Counted from the stretch's first letter, positions 9,397 to 19,770 are shown. The stretch: DNA of 64,000 bases from Candidatus Caldarchaeum sp. (GCA_038885755.1 JAVZZH010000004.1:32001-96000), one strand, 5' to 3'. A program made the numbers and translations. The notes: generated from the letters alone by a model not told the origin.

Positions 9397-9866
9397 TCGA
9401 TTACCTTGGCCCTGCTCAGCACGAGGAGAAGCTCGTCATACTTGCTGTCGACGTCGTTCACAGCCGACTCCGGAACATCCAAGTTGACTGGAATTCTATG
9501 CTTCCAGTAGTAGCCGTTTTCGGTGTTAAGCCTAGTGAACAAGCCTGTGGCCGCCGGCGGCATTCGGTAGTTGTGCTTGTTCAAGATGAATTCGACGAAA
9601 CATATTCGGTAGGCCTTTTCATGAATGTCGCCGTAGAAGGTGTTGAAGTAGACGTGGAGAGGGGCGTCCCTTGAATACGTCTCCCAAGTCGTGAAGCTTG
9701 TGTAGACGGGTATCCAGCCTTCATCCCGCAAGACTTTGTCCTCAAGAGAGACCGGTCTTTTCCAGCCTGAAACCATGAATCCACGCGACTCGAGCGTAGG
9801 AATGACGTACCTGTGTAGCACACCCTGCCTCATCAGCTCTATCTTCTCCCTCATCGTTAACGTCAT
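9393..9866 (-). CDS. Hypothetical protein
   Basis: 157-aa ORF with upstream GGAGG RBS; no family recognised. Confidence 0.6.
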   Translation of the reverse strand: MTLTMREKIELMRQGVLHRYVIPTLESRGFMVSGWKRPVSLEDKVLRDEGWIPVYTSFTTWETYSRDAPLHVYFNTFYGDIHEKAYRICFVEFILNKHNYRMPPAATGLFTRLNTENGYYWKHRIPVNLDVPESAVNDVDSKYDELLLVLSRAKVID

Positions 9867-9931
9867 CGGCCAACCTCCTGCCTAGGACCGGTTCATGCAT
9901 TTTGGCTTGTTTCAAGCGCTTATAAGCTTGT

Positions 9932-10741
9932 TCAAGGCCTTGCCCTGCTGAAGAGCTCGGCCAGGCCTCGGAACCTCGAGACGTCCTGAGCCGAGGTGTC
10001 GAGACGCATCGGCGAGACAGATATTGCTTTCTCGACGAACAAGGTGTAAACGTCGGTGTCGGGCTCGAACTCCGACTCGGGTATAAGCTTGCCGTGCAGC
10101 CAGTAATACGGTCGGCGCTGCGGGTCCTGCCTCTCGTCGACCATCTCCCGATACCTTATCCTCCCCGCCCTCGTGATCTTCACGGGAGTCTGGTGATTTA
10201 CTTCGGGTGGGAAGTTCACGCTCAGGTAATCGACGTCATCGGGCATGCCGTTCGTGAGAAGCCATTCAACAATCGGTCCAGCCCTTCCTGCTGCTTGACG
10301 CATGGCTTTCCTGAACCATCCGAAGCTCACAGGCTCCTCCTCCTTGTATGCGAGTGAGAAAGCCGCTGCTGGAACGCCTAGCAGTGCGGCTCTCACCGCT
10401 GCGGCGACTGTTCCGCTGCCGTAGACAGCCTGCAGCGAGACGTTGTTTCCCTCGTTTATTCCAGAGACAACCAAGTCAGGCAGCTTTCCTGCGAAAAGTC
10501 TGTTGACCGCTAGGATTACGCAGTCTGACGGGGTTCCTGAGCAGGCGTAGGCTGTTGTTCCGTGTATCGAGACCCTCTTCATCCTCAAAGGCTTGTGAAG
10601 CGTGATGCTCATTCCTGTAGCGCTCCGGGCGGACTCGGGAGCCACTACGACGACCTCGCCAAACTCTTTCAAAACATCGTACAGAGCCCACAAGCCCGGC
10701 CTCGTTATCCCGTCGTCGTTGGTCAGCAGTATTCTCTTCAA
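9932..10741 (-). CDS. surE: 5'/3'-nucleotidase SurE
   Basis: ILLTNDDG, GTPSDCV, SGINEGNN and SGTVAAA motifs. Confidence 0.93.
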   Translation of the reverse strand: MKRILLTNDDGITRPGLWALYDVLKEFGEVVVVAPESARSATGMSITLHKPLRMKRVSIHGTTAYACSGTPSDCVILAVNRLFAGKLPDLVVSGINEGNNVSLQAVYGSGTVAAAVRAALLGVPAAAFSLAYKEEEPVSFGWFRKAMRQAAGRAGPIVEWLLTNGMPDDVDYLSVNFPPEVNHQTPVKITRAGRIRYREMVDERQDPQRRPYYWLHGKLIPESEFEPDTDVYTLFVEKAISVSPMRLDTSAQDVSRFRGLAELFSRARP

Positions 10742-10744
10742 AGG

Positions 10745-11347
10745 CTAATCCTTTCTCAGAATCATTTTAGCTATCTCGTTGCGCAGCGAAGGCTTCAACC
10801 TTTCAAGCCTAGCTTCCAAAGTGTTGTCGTAGACCACTTTGCCGTCGGCTGACTTGGCTAAAACACCGCCCGCGGTGTTTATCGGTTTATCTGAGACGTG
10901 GACCGGAAACCTGTACTGGTGTCTGCTCAGTATCCTCTTCAACATGTTGATGCCCATCTCGTTTGAGTAAACCGTCATCTCCCTCCCCACCAGCTCCACC
11001 GCCTCGTCTAGAAGTTTCTTCAGCTCCGGCTCGAAAGAATCTTCAGACGCCATTCGACGAAGCTTGTTAAACACGGATTCAAAGATCTTCGAAACTTCCT
11101 CCTCGACCGCAGCTATAGCCATGTTCTTGGCCTGTATCTCAGCCGTGCTGATTATCCGCTGCCTTGAAGCATCCCGAAGGGCTTGCCCAGCTTCCTTCAG
11201 AGAAGCCAGCTCTCTAGAGACTTCGACGGCAGCCCTCTCCAGAACCTTCTCCGCCTCCCGCTCAGCCTCTTCAAGCATTTTCTCCGCGTTCTGCAGGGTC
11301 TCCTGAACGACTTCGGCGACTATTTTCTCAAGGGATGCGGCAGACAA
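10745..11347 (-). CDS. atpE: A/V-type ATP synthase subunit E
   Basis: Coiled-coil N-terminus; C-terminal GGVLAKSADGKVVYDNTLEARLE; next to subunit F. Confidence 0.85.
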   Translation of the reverse strand: MSAASLEKIVAEVVQETLQNAEKMLEEAEREAEKVLERAAVEVSRELASLKEAGQALRDASRQRIISTAEIQAKNMAIAAVEEEVSKIFESVFNKLRRMASEDSFEPELKKLLDEAVELVGREMTVYSNEMGINMLKRILSRHQYRFPVHVSDKPINTAGGVLAKSADGKVVYDNTLEARLERLKPSLRNEIAKMILRKD

Positions 11348-11383
11348 TTCGTTGGGATGTTCTAAAGCCTCCTAAAAAACATG

Positions 11384-11680
11384 CTAAACCCCTAGGACGC
11401 TTCTCAACAATGCTCTGTAGTCTATTTTCTTGGGCTGCCCGACCGGTGGAGCGAGCTCGTAGACTAGGGGCGTGGGCTTGCGTGCCCTGAGCTCGTTGAG
11501 CTCGTCTCGGAACTTTTCTGAAATGTCTTCGGACACGATTACGAGTCCCACGTCTTGCTGCTGCATGAGGTTCTTGATGAGCTGGAATGCTTCCTCGGGG
11601 GATTTGACGACCATGCCTTCTGCACCCGCAAGCCTGAACCCGTTGACGAACATGGGGCCGCCGACCGCCACAACCCTCAA
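11384..11680 (-). CDS. atpF: A/V-type ATP synthase subunit F
   Basis: VVAVGG-x-FVNGFRLAG, DVGLVIVSE and a RSVLGV tail. Confidence 0.85.
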   Translation of the reverse strand: MRVVAVGGPMFVNGFRLAGAEGMVVKSPEEAFQLIKNLMQQQDVGLVIVSEDISEKFRDELNELRARKPTPLVYELAPPVGQPKKIDYRALLRSVLGV

Positions 11681-11719
11681 ACCAGCTCACCGCTCCCGAC
11701 ACAGTTCCGGCATTTAACG

Positions 11720-12877
11720 TTAAATGAACAGCTCCACCAAGTCGCCGTCGCTGAGAACGTGGCCGGGGCCGACCTGCTGTCCTTGAATCCTGACCGAAGA
11801 ACCCCAAACCTTTGCGTACTTGAGGTTCTTGGCGAAGTCCTTGTGGATTAGGAGGGCCAGCTCTCCCACGGTCGTCCCACGACCCACGACTATCGGCCTC
11901 CTGTTCACAACTCCGTCCTTCTGAGTATAAACCCTCACGAGTTCGAGTGCTGAGTAAACAACTTTTCTGAACTCCTCGTATGCCTCTGGTTTGGTGTTCA
12001 TGACCTCTACGTAGGGCAGGTTCATCTCCCCAGCCCTGCGTCGAAGCTCCTGCAGGTCTTTATGGTCTGCGAGGTCTGCTCTGCCGGCCACCACAACCGC
12101 CTTCTTGAAGGACGCCGGCCTAATGATTTGGTCGATAACGTCCTCGACGCCGGCTTCTCCGTGTATCTTGACAACCGCGTTCCTGACGCCTATGCGGCTC
12201 AGAGCTTCCCGTAGGCTTTCATGCGTCCCGTGGAACTTTCCGAAAACTACGAGCCTCAAGCCCCCGCTGTCCTTCTTCTCAACCTCAACCTCGAACATCT
12301 TACTTCCAAGGAAGATACCTGAAGCGTTGAGCTTCCTGACGAGAGCGTCTAGCTGCTCAGCCGGTCTCGACCCACAGTCTACGGTGAGGGCTATCAGGTC
12401 TGCGTTCCTCGCCACGGCCAGGCTTCTAGATGTGAAGGGGGTCTCGTCGAGGCTGGAGGTTATTACAGCGGGCAGCTCGACGAGCTGGATCCCCACGTCT
12501 TCGACGTACATCATGCTTGGCACGGGCTTTGTAGTGGTAAGTTCGTAAGCCCCCAGCTCTGGCCTCGCGTTGGTTAGGAAGTGGAGCAGGGTCGACTTGC
12601 CGGAGTTAGACGACCCGAGCAGGACAACAGTCGCCGCTCCCTCCTTCCTCACCGTGAAAACATCCTGGCGCGAGACCTTGGTAGACTTCTTCCTCTCGAG
12701 CTCTCTCCTGAGCTTTGCTAGAGTTGTCTTGAGCTGGGCCCTCATCTTCTCCGTGCCCTTGTGGTCGGGGATGAGCGGCAGGGCCTCCTCCAAGGCCTTT
12801 ATCTTCTCCTCCACAGTCTTGGCTTCATGGTATTTGGCGAGCTTGGCCTGCGCCTCGGCTGGGAGGTTGGTGGGCAT
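11720..12877 (-). CDS. DRG/Obg-family GTP-binding protein with TGS domain
   Basis: MPTNLPAEA N-terminus, GSSNSGKST P-loop, and C-terminal TGS domain (IHKDFAKNLKYAKVWG, VGPGHVLSDGD). Confidence 0.88.
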   Translation of the reverse strand: MPTNLPAEAQAKLAKYHEAKTVEEKIKALEEALPLIPDHKGTEKMRAQLKTTLAKLRRELERKKSTKVSRQDVFTVRKEGAATVVLLGSSNSGKSTLLHFLTNARPELGAYELTTTKPVPSMMYVEDVGIQLVELPAVITSSLDETPFTSRSLAVARNADLIALTVDCGSRPAEQLDALVRKLNASGIFLGSKMFEVEVEKKDSGGLRLVVFGKFHGTHESLREALSRIGVRNAVVKIHGEAGVEDVIDQIIRPASFKKAVVVAGRADLADHKDLQELRRRAGEMNLPYVEVMNTKPEAYEEFRKVVYSALELVRVYTQKDGVVNRRPIVVGRGTTVGELALLIHKDFAKNLKYAKVWGSSVRIQGQQVGPGHVLSDGDLVELFI

Positions 12878-12909
12878 TCCTCTCTAACAACACCAAGGGG
12901 GAATAAATC

Positions 12910-13449
12910 TTAAACGTAGTTGAGCAGGATGTAGACAAAAACACCTAAAGCCAGGCTTGTGCTCCAGAGCCGGACAGCCCATCGGCCGACCTTTCTGTGC
13001 CATGTTTTCCCGACCTGTCCCACTGGAAGAAACCCGCCCGTTAGAATGTTGTACAACACCAGGGGGACTGAAATTATCGAGAGGCCTAGGTGAACAGCCA
13101 GAGACGGCAGGTAGATGAAGTCTCTTATAAGCTCTGGACCCGTGAAATGCTTGACGCCGCCGAAGAACAGCCTAGAGACATACATCAGCAAGAAGCCTGT
13201 TATCAAGATGAACGAAGTCAGCATCAAGGCCTTGTGCCGACCTATTTTCCTCTTCTTTATGGCGTCGAAGCCGCCGATCAACGTGAAAAGTGCTGCGGAG
13301 TTGACTGCGGCTATGGCGTGAGGAAGCATTTCAACGATGGTGGGAGGCTGCTCGGGTACGGTTCGCGGTGCCAGCAGGAGGTACGCTAGGACGGTGTAGG
13401 CGGCTAGGGTGATCAACAGCGTTAGGATGGAGTGGATGCGCGTCTTCAT
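12910..13449 (-). CDS. DUF420-like membrane protein
   Basis: HKALML, LAVHLGLS and HRKVGRW histidine motifs in a multi-TM protein. Confidence 0.75.
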   Translation of the reverse strand: MKTRIHSILTLLITLAAYTVLAYLLLAPRTVPEQPPTIVEMLPHAIAAVNSAALFTLIGGFDAIKKRKIGRHKALMLTSFILITGFLLMYVSRLFFGGVKHFTGPELIRDFIYLPSLAVHLGLSIISVPLVLYNILTGGFLPVGQVGKTWHRKVGRWAVRLWSTSLALGVFVYILLNYV

Positions 13450-13504
13450 CGCAGGAATCCGATAGAATCACAATTTAATTCTCCCTCAACCACTTGGTAC
13501 CGGG

Positions 13505-15376
13505 TTGAAGAGTCTTTACAACGAGGCTAGGGAGTTGTTGAACAGAGCCGGCGTCGATGCGAGGCTGGAGTTTCCCAAGCTGAAGGGCTACGGAGACCTG
13601 TCCACGGCTGTGGCTTTTGACTTGAGCAAGCGGATGGGCGGAGACCCGTTTGAGAGGGCTAGGATGATTGCTGAGAAGCTGGATGTTTCAGGTGCTAAGT
13701 ACATCGAACGTGTCGAGGCTGTGAGACCCGGGTATGTTAATTTCTACGCACGCTGGGATGCTTTAGCCGAGGAGGTGGTCCGGGAGGCTGTCGAGGCGGG
13801 CCCGAGATACGGGCAGGTCGATGTAGGCCGGGGTGTCTACGTGCTGGTGGAGCATACAAGCGTCAACCCGAACAAAGCCCTCCACATAGGCCACGCCAGG
13901 AACACCTGCTTGGGCGACAGCCTCGCGAGACTCCTCGCCAAGACAGGACACAGAGTAGCGGTGGCCAACTACGTCGACGACAGCGGAGCACAGATGGCCG
14001 ACCTCCTCCTAGCCTTTACCAAACTAGGCTACAGCCTCCAGCCTCCCCATGGAGTCAAGTTCGACGACTACTGCGGCAGAGTTTACACCGAGGTCAGCCG
14101 CAGATTAGCTGAGGAAACCGGCTTGGAGGCTGAGAAACGATCGATTTCAGCAGCCTTGGAGGACGCTGAGTCCGAATACTACAAGCTCAACAGAAAAATC
14201 GTTGAAGAGGTGCTGAAGAACCAGCTAAAGACATGCCAGAGGCTCGGAGCACGCTACGACGTGCTCAACCGTGAAAGCGACGTAATATCTTTCGACCTGT
14301 GGAGCGAGACCTTCGAAAAACTGCGGAAGAGCGGTGTTGTCTACCGGTGCGAAGAGGGAGCTAAGAAGGGATGCTGGATGATTAGCCTGTCCGACCACCC
14401 GACGCTGAGCAGAGAGGGCGACGAAGTTCTGGTCAAGAGCGACGGCACAACCACCTACGTTGCGAGAGACATAGCGTACGCGGCGTGGAAGCTCGGCGCT
14501 GTGTCGAAGGACTTCAGGTACAGCAGGTGGGGGGAGAACAGCGACGGCTCGCCAGTATACATCACGGACGTGAACGGGCGTGAAGCCGTTGGGTTCGGCG
14601 GCGCTATGCTGACCATCAACGTCGTGGACGCACGTCAGAAACGGCCTCAGGAAGTCGTGAAGCATGCTCTCAGCAAGCTGGGTGTGGACCCGGCCAAATA
14701 CATACACTACGCCTACGAGGTTGTTTCGCTAAGCCGTTCAGATGCAGCACGGCTCCAAGTCGATGTGCAAAACCAGCAGTTCGTTCACATGAGCGGGAGG
14801 AGCGGTGTCTACATAAACGCCGACCCCTTGCTCGACTACATATTGGATAAAGCCGTGGAGGGTGCTTTGAGAAGGCATCCCGAATGGACCCCTGAGAAGG
14901 CGCGGAGCGTGGGTGAGAAGATAGCTGTGGCGGCGTTGAGATATTTCCTGGTGAGGTCAGACCCGGACAAGATGATTGTCTTCGACAGCGACCAAGCATC
15001 GGACATAGAGGGAGACACAGGACCCTACATCCAGTACTCTTACGCGAGAGCCACGAGGATACTCGAGAAGGCCGACACAAAGCCCGAGCCCAGAGCCTAC
15101 GGCCCCGTATTGGAGGAGCCGGAGAAAGACCTCGTCAGGTCCATCGGCCTCCTACCCTTCGTCCTAGAGGATGCTGTCAGAATCCTTTCGGTCAAGAGAG
15201 TGGCTGGTTATCTGAGGGAGCTGGCTGTCTCGTTCAACAACTTCTACGAAAAATGCCCGGTCCTGACGTCCAGCACCGCGGTGAAAGCCTTCAGGCTAGC
15301 TTTGGTTGATGCATTCAGGTCGGCTTTAGCCTCAGCCGCATGGGTTGTGGGAATACCGCTGGTGGATGAGATGTAG
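13505..15376 (+). CDS. argS: Arginine--tRNA ligase
   Basis: EHTSVNPNKALHIGHARN, KSDGTTTY, MSGR and GDTGPYIQYSYAR motifs. Confidence 0.95.
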   Translation: MKSLYNEARELLNRAGVDARLEFPKLKGYGDLSTAVAFDLSKRMGGDPFERARMIAEKLDVSGAKYIERVEAVRPGYVNFYARWDALAEEVVREAVEAGPRYGQVDVGRGVYVLVEHTSVNPNKALHIGHARNTCLGDSLARLLAKTGHRVAVANYVDDSGAQMADLLLAFTKLGYSLQPPHGVKFDDYCGRVYTEVSRRLAEETGLEAEKRSISAALEDAESEYYKLNRKIVEEVLKNQLKTCQRLGARYDVLNRESDVISFDLWSETFEKLRKSGVVYRCEEGAKKGCWMISLSDHPTLSREGDEVLVKSDGTTTYVARDIAYAAWKLGAVSKDFRYSRWGENSDGSPVYITDVNGREAVGFGGAMLTINVVDARQKRPQEVVKHALSKLGVDPAKYIHYAYEVVSLSRSDAARLQVDVQNQQFVHMSGRSGVYINADPLLDYILDKAVEGALRRHPEWTPEKARSVGEKIAVAALRYFLVRSDPDKMIVFDSDQASDIEGDTGPYIQYSYARATRILEKADTKPEPRAYGPVLEEPEKDLVRSIGLLPFVLEDAVRILSVKRVAGYLRELAVSFNNFYEKCPVLTSSTAVKAFRLALVDAFRSALASAAWVVGIPLVDEM

Positions 15377-15425
15377 GAATGCCGGCTCGAAAGTATATAT
15401 GTGGGTTCGGACGGGCTCATCGTCC

Positions 15426-16121
15426 GTGAGGTACGAGATAAGGAACAGGCCTGCTTACTCTATGCTGGAGGTTGAGTTGCTGCCCGGGGAGGCGATCGAG
15501 GCGGAGGCGGGAGCGATGACTTACATGACGCCGAACATCCGAGTCTCGACACGGATGAGGCAGGAGAGCTTCCTGACCACTCTAGGCCTGAAGATTCTCG
15601 GCGGCCAGTCTTTCTTCGTCAACGAGTACACGGCGGTCAACACCGCCGGAAAGCTAGCCCTAGTCTCAGCCCCGCTCGGAGACATGGCTCATCTCACGGT
15701 CTCCCCCGACTCGGGCTACATCATCCAAAAGTCATCCTACGTCGCCTCAAGCCCAACAGTCGACCTAGACATAAAGTGGCAGGGCTTCACGAGAGGGTTG
15801 TTCGGCCAAGGATTATTCATGATTAGAGTATCGGGACATGGCGACCTTTTCATCAACACCTTCGGAGCTCTGGAGAAGATCTCCCTCAAGCCGGGTGAAG
15901 AGCTGCTTGTCGACAACTTTCACCTAGCGGCTTTCTCGGACAGCTGCACATACGAAGTTAGAAAGTTCGGCGGGCTCAAGTCTACTATTCTGGGCGGCGA
16001 GGGTCTTGTGGTGGCGGTGAAAGGACCCGGAGACGTCTATGTCCAGACCAAGAACCCGGCAGAGTTCGCTGAATGGCTGTGGACTCTCCTGGACCCCTAC
16101 GTAAGGTCCCGAGCCCGATGA
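15426..16121 (+). CDS. AIM24/TIGR00266 family protein
   Basis: AEAGAM, GGQSFFVN, GQGLF, GGEGLV and GPGDVYVQT motifs; likely GTG start at 15426. Confidence 0.85.
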   Translation: MRYEIRNRPAYSMLEVELLPGEAIEAEAGAMTYMTPNIRVSTRMRQESFLTTLGLKILGGQSFFVNEYTAVNTAGKLALVSAPLGDMAHLTVSPDSGYIIQKSSYVASSPTVDLDIKWQGFTRGLFGQGLFMIRVSGHGDLFINTFGALEKISLKPGEELLVDNFHLAAFSDSCTYEVRKFGGLKSTILGGEGLVVAVKGPGDVYVQTKNPAEFAEWLWTLLDPYVRSRAR

Positions 16122-16122
16122 T

Positions 16123-17505
16123 TTAGAGAAGGTCGATCGATTGACCCGTTCTCGGAACGATGACCTCTATCTCCTCGCCGCGGAGAAGCTCGACAAACAT
16201 CTCTGGCGACTCGGTGTGGATGGGCACGACCCTGCGTGGACTAACCCGCATGACGAGGTCCAGAATGTCGGGGCCTGAAGCATGCCCCGATGAATGTATG
16301 TGATGCATCTCAAGCCCGAGAAGCTCAACCCAGTTCCTTATCTTGTCCATTTCGATTATCTGCTCCTCTGAATGCGGCTCGCTTGTTGAGAGGATGAAGG
16401 GAGACTTGGGCGGCGGCCTCAAACCAGCTAGGTCGATTATGTCCCCGGCCTTGCTTAGCACCAGAATGTATTTAGACGGGTTCTGCTTCACGTCCTCCTC
16501 CCTCACCGTCGGCGCAGCGTTGGTTATGGCCTTCATCCACTTGGGGTAGTCGGATGCCGAGTAAGTGCCCGTGCCCCTCCTCTCAAGGTATACAACCATC
16601 CGACCCTCGGCTATCAAGGGGACGTCGATCCTTAGTTTCCCGCTTCCGAGGTTTTTCAATGTTTGAGCGTGATGCATCGATATGGCTGGAATACGGTCGT
16701 TCTCCTCCGCAACCCTGAGGACTGTGTTGAGCCGGTCGAAGTCCATCATGCCGACGACGACGGCGGCAAGCTTGTCTTCAGACCTTTTCATAACAACGTT
16801 CATTTCACGCCTTACATCCTCCTCGGACATGTTTGTAACCTCCTCTATTCTCGTTCCCTCCACGATGAGAGTCTCCACCCCCATCCGCCTGCATTCCCTG
16901 ATGAAGTCATCCGTCATGTCTCGCCGCGGGCCATGCATCCTCAAGTCTCCGGTGTAGGCCACGGCTCCTCCCCCGCCCTCGACGATCAAGCCGTAAGCCG
17001 CCGGTATTGAGTGGTCGACGTGGACTGGATGTATCCTCATCCCGGCGACTTCAAAGACATCACCGGTCCTGAAGGTGTTTATCGTCCTAGTAGCCTCGTC
17101 GTCGAGTAGACTCTCGTCCCTAGCCTGTCTCACCTCTTCACGTGCTTCAACCAGCACCTTAGCCCCCTCGCCCATGTACACGGGTATGTCGGGCCTGAGC
17201 AGGCCGACGTGGCCGTAGTGGTCGATGTGTGCGTGCGAGACGACGACCGCCTCGACGAACGGTTCATCATCACGCAGATGGCTCGGAGTTGTTTCTTCCA
17301 CATACAAGCCTTTGATGGCTGGAACAACGCCCGTCAAAACATAATCCTCCACTAACGCAAAGCTCCGGGGCCTGAGAAACATGCTGAAGTAGTTGTTCCG
17401 GGCGGTAAAGTCCACGCCGAAGTCGAGAAAGACACGGCCCTCCTCCTCCAGCAGTATCTTGTTCCCGCCTATCCTGCCCGCTCCCCCGTAGACCGTTGCC
17501 CTCAA
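16123..17505 (-). CDS. Metallo-beta-lactamase fold hydrolase, RNase J-related
   Basis: IGGNKI, SHAHIDH, VDHSIP, YTGDLR, HSSGHA and VPIHTE motifs. Confidence 0.85.
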   Translation of the reverse strand: MRATVYGGAGRIGGNKILLEEEGRVFLDFGVDFTARNNYFSMFLRPRSFALVEDYVLTGVVPAIKGLYVEETTPSHLRDDEPFVEAVVVSHAHIDHYGHVGLLRPDIPVYMGEGAKVLVEAREEVRQARDESLLDDEATRTINTFRTGDVFEVAGMRIHPVHVDHSIPAAYGLIVEGGGGAVAYTGDLRMHGPRRDMTDDFIRECRRMGVETLIVEGTRIEEVTNMSEEDVRREMNVVMKRSEDKLAAVVVGMMDFDRLNTVLRVAEENDRIPAISMHHAQTLKNLGSGKLRIDVPLIAEGRMVVYLERRGTGTYSASDYPKWMKAITNAAPTVREEDVKQNPSKYILVLSKAGDIIDLAGLRPPPKSPFILSTSEPHSEEQIIEMDKIRNWVELLGLEMHHIHSSGHASGPDILDLVMRVSPRRVVPIHTESPEMFVELLRGEEIEVIVPRTGQSIDLL

Positions 17506-17693
17506 CCTAGGTTTTTCAGCAGTCTGTGGTGTTTATGCTTTACCTCTCGCGTTCTTGAGCACCGCCACAGGGACGAGCCGCCTGCGAATCCTCTGCACCA
17601 TGCGGCTGGGGTTTTGCGCTGGAGAGGGAGGATGCTGGCCATCCTGATAGGTTTGGTATGCTTTAAATAACGGCGTTATAAAGGCCCGGCGGT

Positions 17694-18473
17694 ATGGAGC
17701 TGGAGATAGTCGACCTTCACGCCAGCGTCGAGGGGAAGCAGATACTCAAAGGCGTCAACCTCAAGGTTAGGGAGGGTGAGATACACAGCCTGATGGGGCC
17801 GAACGGCTCCGGCAAAAGCACGCTAGCCGCAGTCATAATGGGCCATCCCAAGTACACCGTCGACAGCGGCGACATCCTCCTCGACGGCGAGAGCATAGTT
17901 GGCATGTCTCCCGACGAAAGAGCTAGGAGAGGATTGTTCCTAGCCTTCCAGTATCCTGTGGAGATATCAGGAGTGACTCTGGCTAACTTTCTGCGTAGAG
18001 CCTACATCAACCTCAAGTATGGGGGAGACGGCGAGAAGGCGAAGGACAAAGTCAGCTTGGCTGAATTCCAGAGGCTGTTGAAGGAGAAGATCGAGATGCT
18101 AAAGCTCGACCCCTCGATAGGGCGGAGATACCTTAACGAAGGTTTTTCGGGGGGTGAGAAGAAGCGCTGCGAGGTTCTTCAGATGGCTATTCTCTCTCCA
18201 AGGATAGCGGTTCTCGACGAGACCGACTCAGGGCTTGACATCGACGGCGTCAAGATCGTTGCGGAGGGTGTTAGGACGATATCACGTCAGTCCGGCATGG
18301 GTGCCTTGGTTATAACCCACTACCTGCGGATACTCAACTACCTCAGGCCCGACGTCGTCCACATAATGTACGGAGGCCGGGTTGTTGAGACTGGAGGATA
18401 TGAGCTTGCTCAGCTGCTCGAGGAGAAAGGATACAGCGTCATCGAGCAGAAGTACGGAGCTTCTACCGGCTGA
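17694..18473 (+). CDS. sufC: Fe-S cluster assembly ATPase SufC
   Basis: GPNGSGKST, GLFLAFQYP, NEGFSGGEKKR, LDETDSGLDID and ITHY motifs. Confidence 0.95.
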   Translation: MELEIVDLHASVEGKQILKGVNLKVREGEIHSLMGPNGSGKSTLAAVIMGHPKYTVDSGDILLDGESIVGMSPDERARRGLFLAFQYPVEISGVTLANFLRRAYINLKYGGDGEKAKDKVSLAEFQRLLKEKIEMLKLDPSIGRRYLNEGFSGGEKKRCEVLQMAILSPRIAVLDETDSGLDIDGVKIVAEGVRTISRQSGMGALVITHYLRILNYLRPDVVHIMYGGRVVETGGYELAQLLEEKGYSVIEQKYGASTG

Positions 18474-19194
18474 CGGGTGTGATTTCCAGCCTCGACCTGA
18501 CGGCTTTGAAGACCGGTATTGCGACAGCCGACCCGACTACAACTTGACCTATGTTGAGAGGTATCTCGGCGACGGGGACGATGTCGGGCAGCAGGCCTAT
18601 AGCGGCTGCGAGAGACTCGTAGAGGAAGTAGCCGAGCACCATCACGAGCCCTGCCGCCAGCAGGGAGATCACGAGCCAAGCCTCCGCTTCCTTCTTCCTG
18701 AAGACGTAGTAAGCTGGTACGGCTGAGCCGAGAAGAGCGAGCACAACCCATGTAGACGGCATGACCAGCAGCTCGAACGTCTGGCCCGGGTAGACAACTA
18801 TCTCAACCGCGCCGCTCATCAAGTAAACCCCCACCATCACGAGGATTATGAAGTAAAGCCCGACGACCATGGCCGACAGAACAGCCGCCTGCGGCACCGC
18901 CAGCCTCCTCAACCTCCTGTAGAGGATTGCTGCAACAGCTCCCTCAGCCGCCTTTATCACCAGAGTCCCCGGTGCGAAGGCTTGGTATCCGAGAAAAATG
19001 TCTGCAAGGGCTGAGCCAACTCCTCCGGCGAAAGCTCCCACGAACGGGCCTCCCAGCAGGGCGGACAGGTAGACCATGGTCTCGCCGAGGTTGAAGTATC
19101 CCCGGGTCAGAGGGAAGTATATGCTTAGCACCATGGTTGCAGCCGCCACGAGTGCCGTGAACACAACCGTCATGGAAACGGCTCGGGCGTCCAT
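18463..19194 (-). CDS. ECF transporter S component
   Basis: GYFNLGE, GGVGSALAD and APGTLVIK motifs in a hydrophobic protein. Confidence 0.82.
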   Translation of the reverse strand: MDARAVSMTVVFTALVAAATMVLSIYFPLTRGYFNLGETMVYLSALLGGPFVGAFAGGVGSALADIFLGYQAFAPGTLVIKAAEGAVAAILYRRLRRLAVPQAAVLSAMVVGLYFIILVMVGVYLMSGAVEIVVYPGQTFELLVMPSTWVVLALLGSAVPAYYVFRKKEAEAWLVISLLAAGLVMVLGYFLYESLAAAIGLLPDIVPVAEIPLNIGQVVVGSAVAIPVFKAVRSRLEITPVSR

Positions 19195-19230
19195 GTTCGG
19201 TAAGATTCTGATGCTCTTTGATAAACTTTT

Positions 19231-19770
19231 TCAACCCAGCAATCCTGAGAGTTTAAAGGGTTTTCTGTCCAGCTTTGCCTGCTTCAGCCTCTCAGCCACC
19301 CTGCTGGAGTCTAACCCACCGAACTCTACGCGCGCCCTCGCCAACTCGTCGCCAGCCCGTTTAATTATCGAGTCGAAGCCTTTCGTGTCCCCTTTCTGCA
19401 AGTGGACGAAAGCCGCGGCCGTGAGAATCAGGCCGTGAAGAAAAACCTTGACAACACCTTCAGACGACCTCCACAAGGACTCGAGAGCTTCATGAGCCTC
19501 CCAGAACCTCTCCATGTCAAAAAGCCTGACAGCACGACTGAAGCAGGCCTCCGGGCTCTCGGAGACGTCAACACCCGTCGGAACGACTTCCAGCACGTCA
19601 AAATCCTCGAGCTTAGGCGGGTGGTCGGAGAACACGTCGAACTCGATGTGCTTGGTTCCCACCCTAACGTCTACGACGTTGTATCCTTTAGAGCGGAGCG
19701 TATGAATCAACCCCGGTCTGTCTAGGGGGGACTGCCCCGTGTTGGCGGCCAGAACTATGTACCGTCTCAT
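19231..19770 (-). CDS. DUF309 domain protein
   Basis: FWEAHEALESLW and GLILTAAAFVH motifs. Confidence 0.8.
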   Translation of the reverse strand: MRRYIVLAANTGQSPLDRPGLIHTLRSKGYNVVDVRVGTKHIEFDVFSDHPPKLEDFDVLEVVPTGVDVSESPEACFSRAVRLFDMERFWEAHEALESLWRSSEGVVKVFLHGLILTAAAFVHLQKGDTKGFDSIIKRAGDELARARVEFGGLDSSRVAERLKQAKLDRKPFKLSGLLG

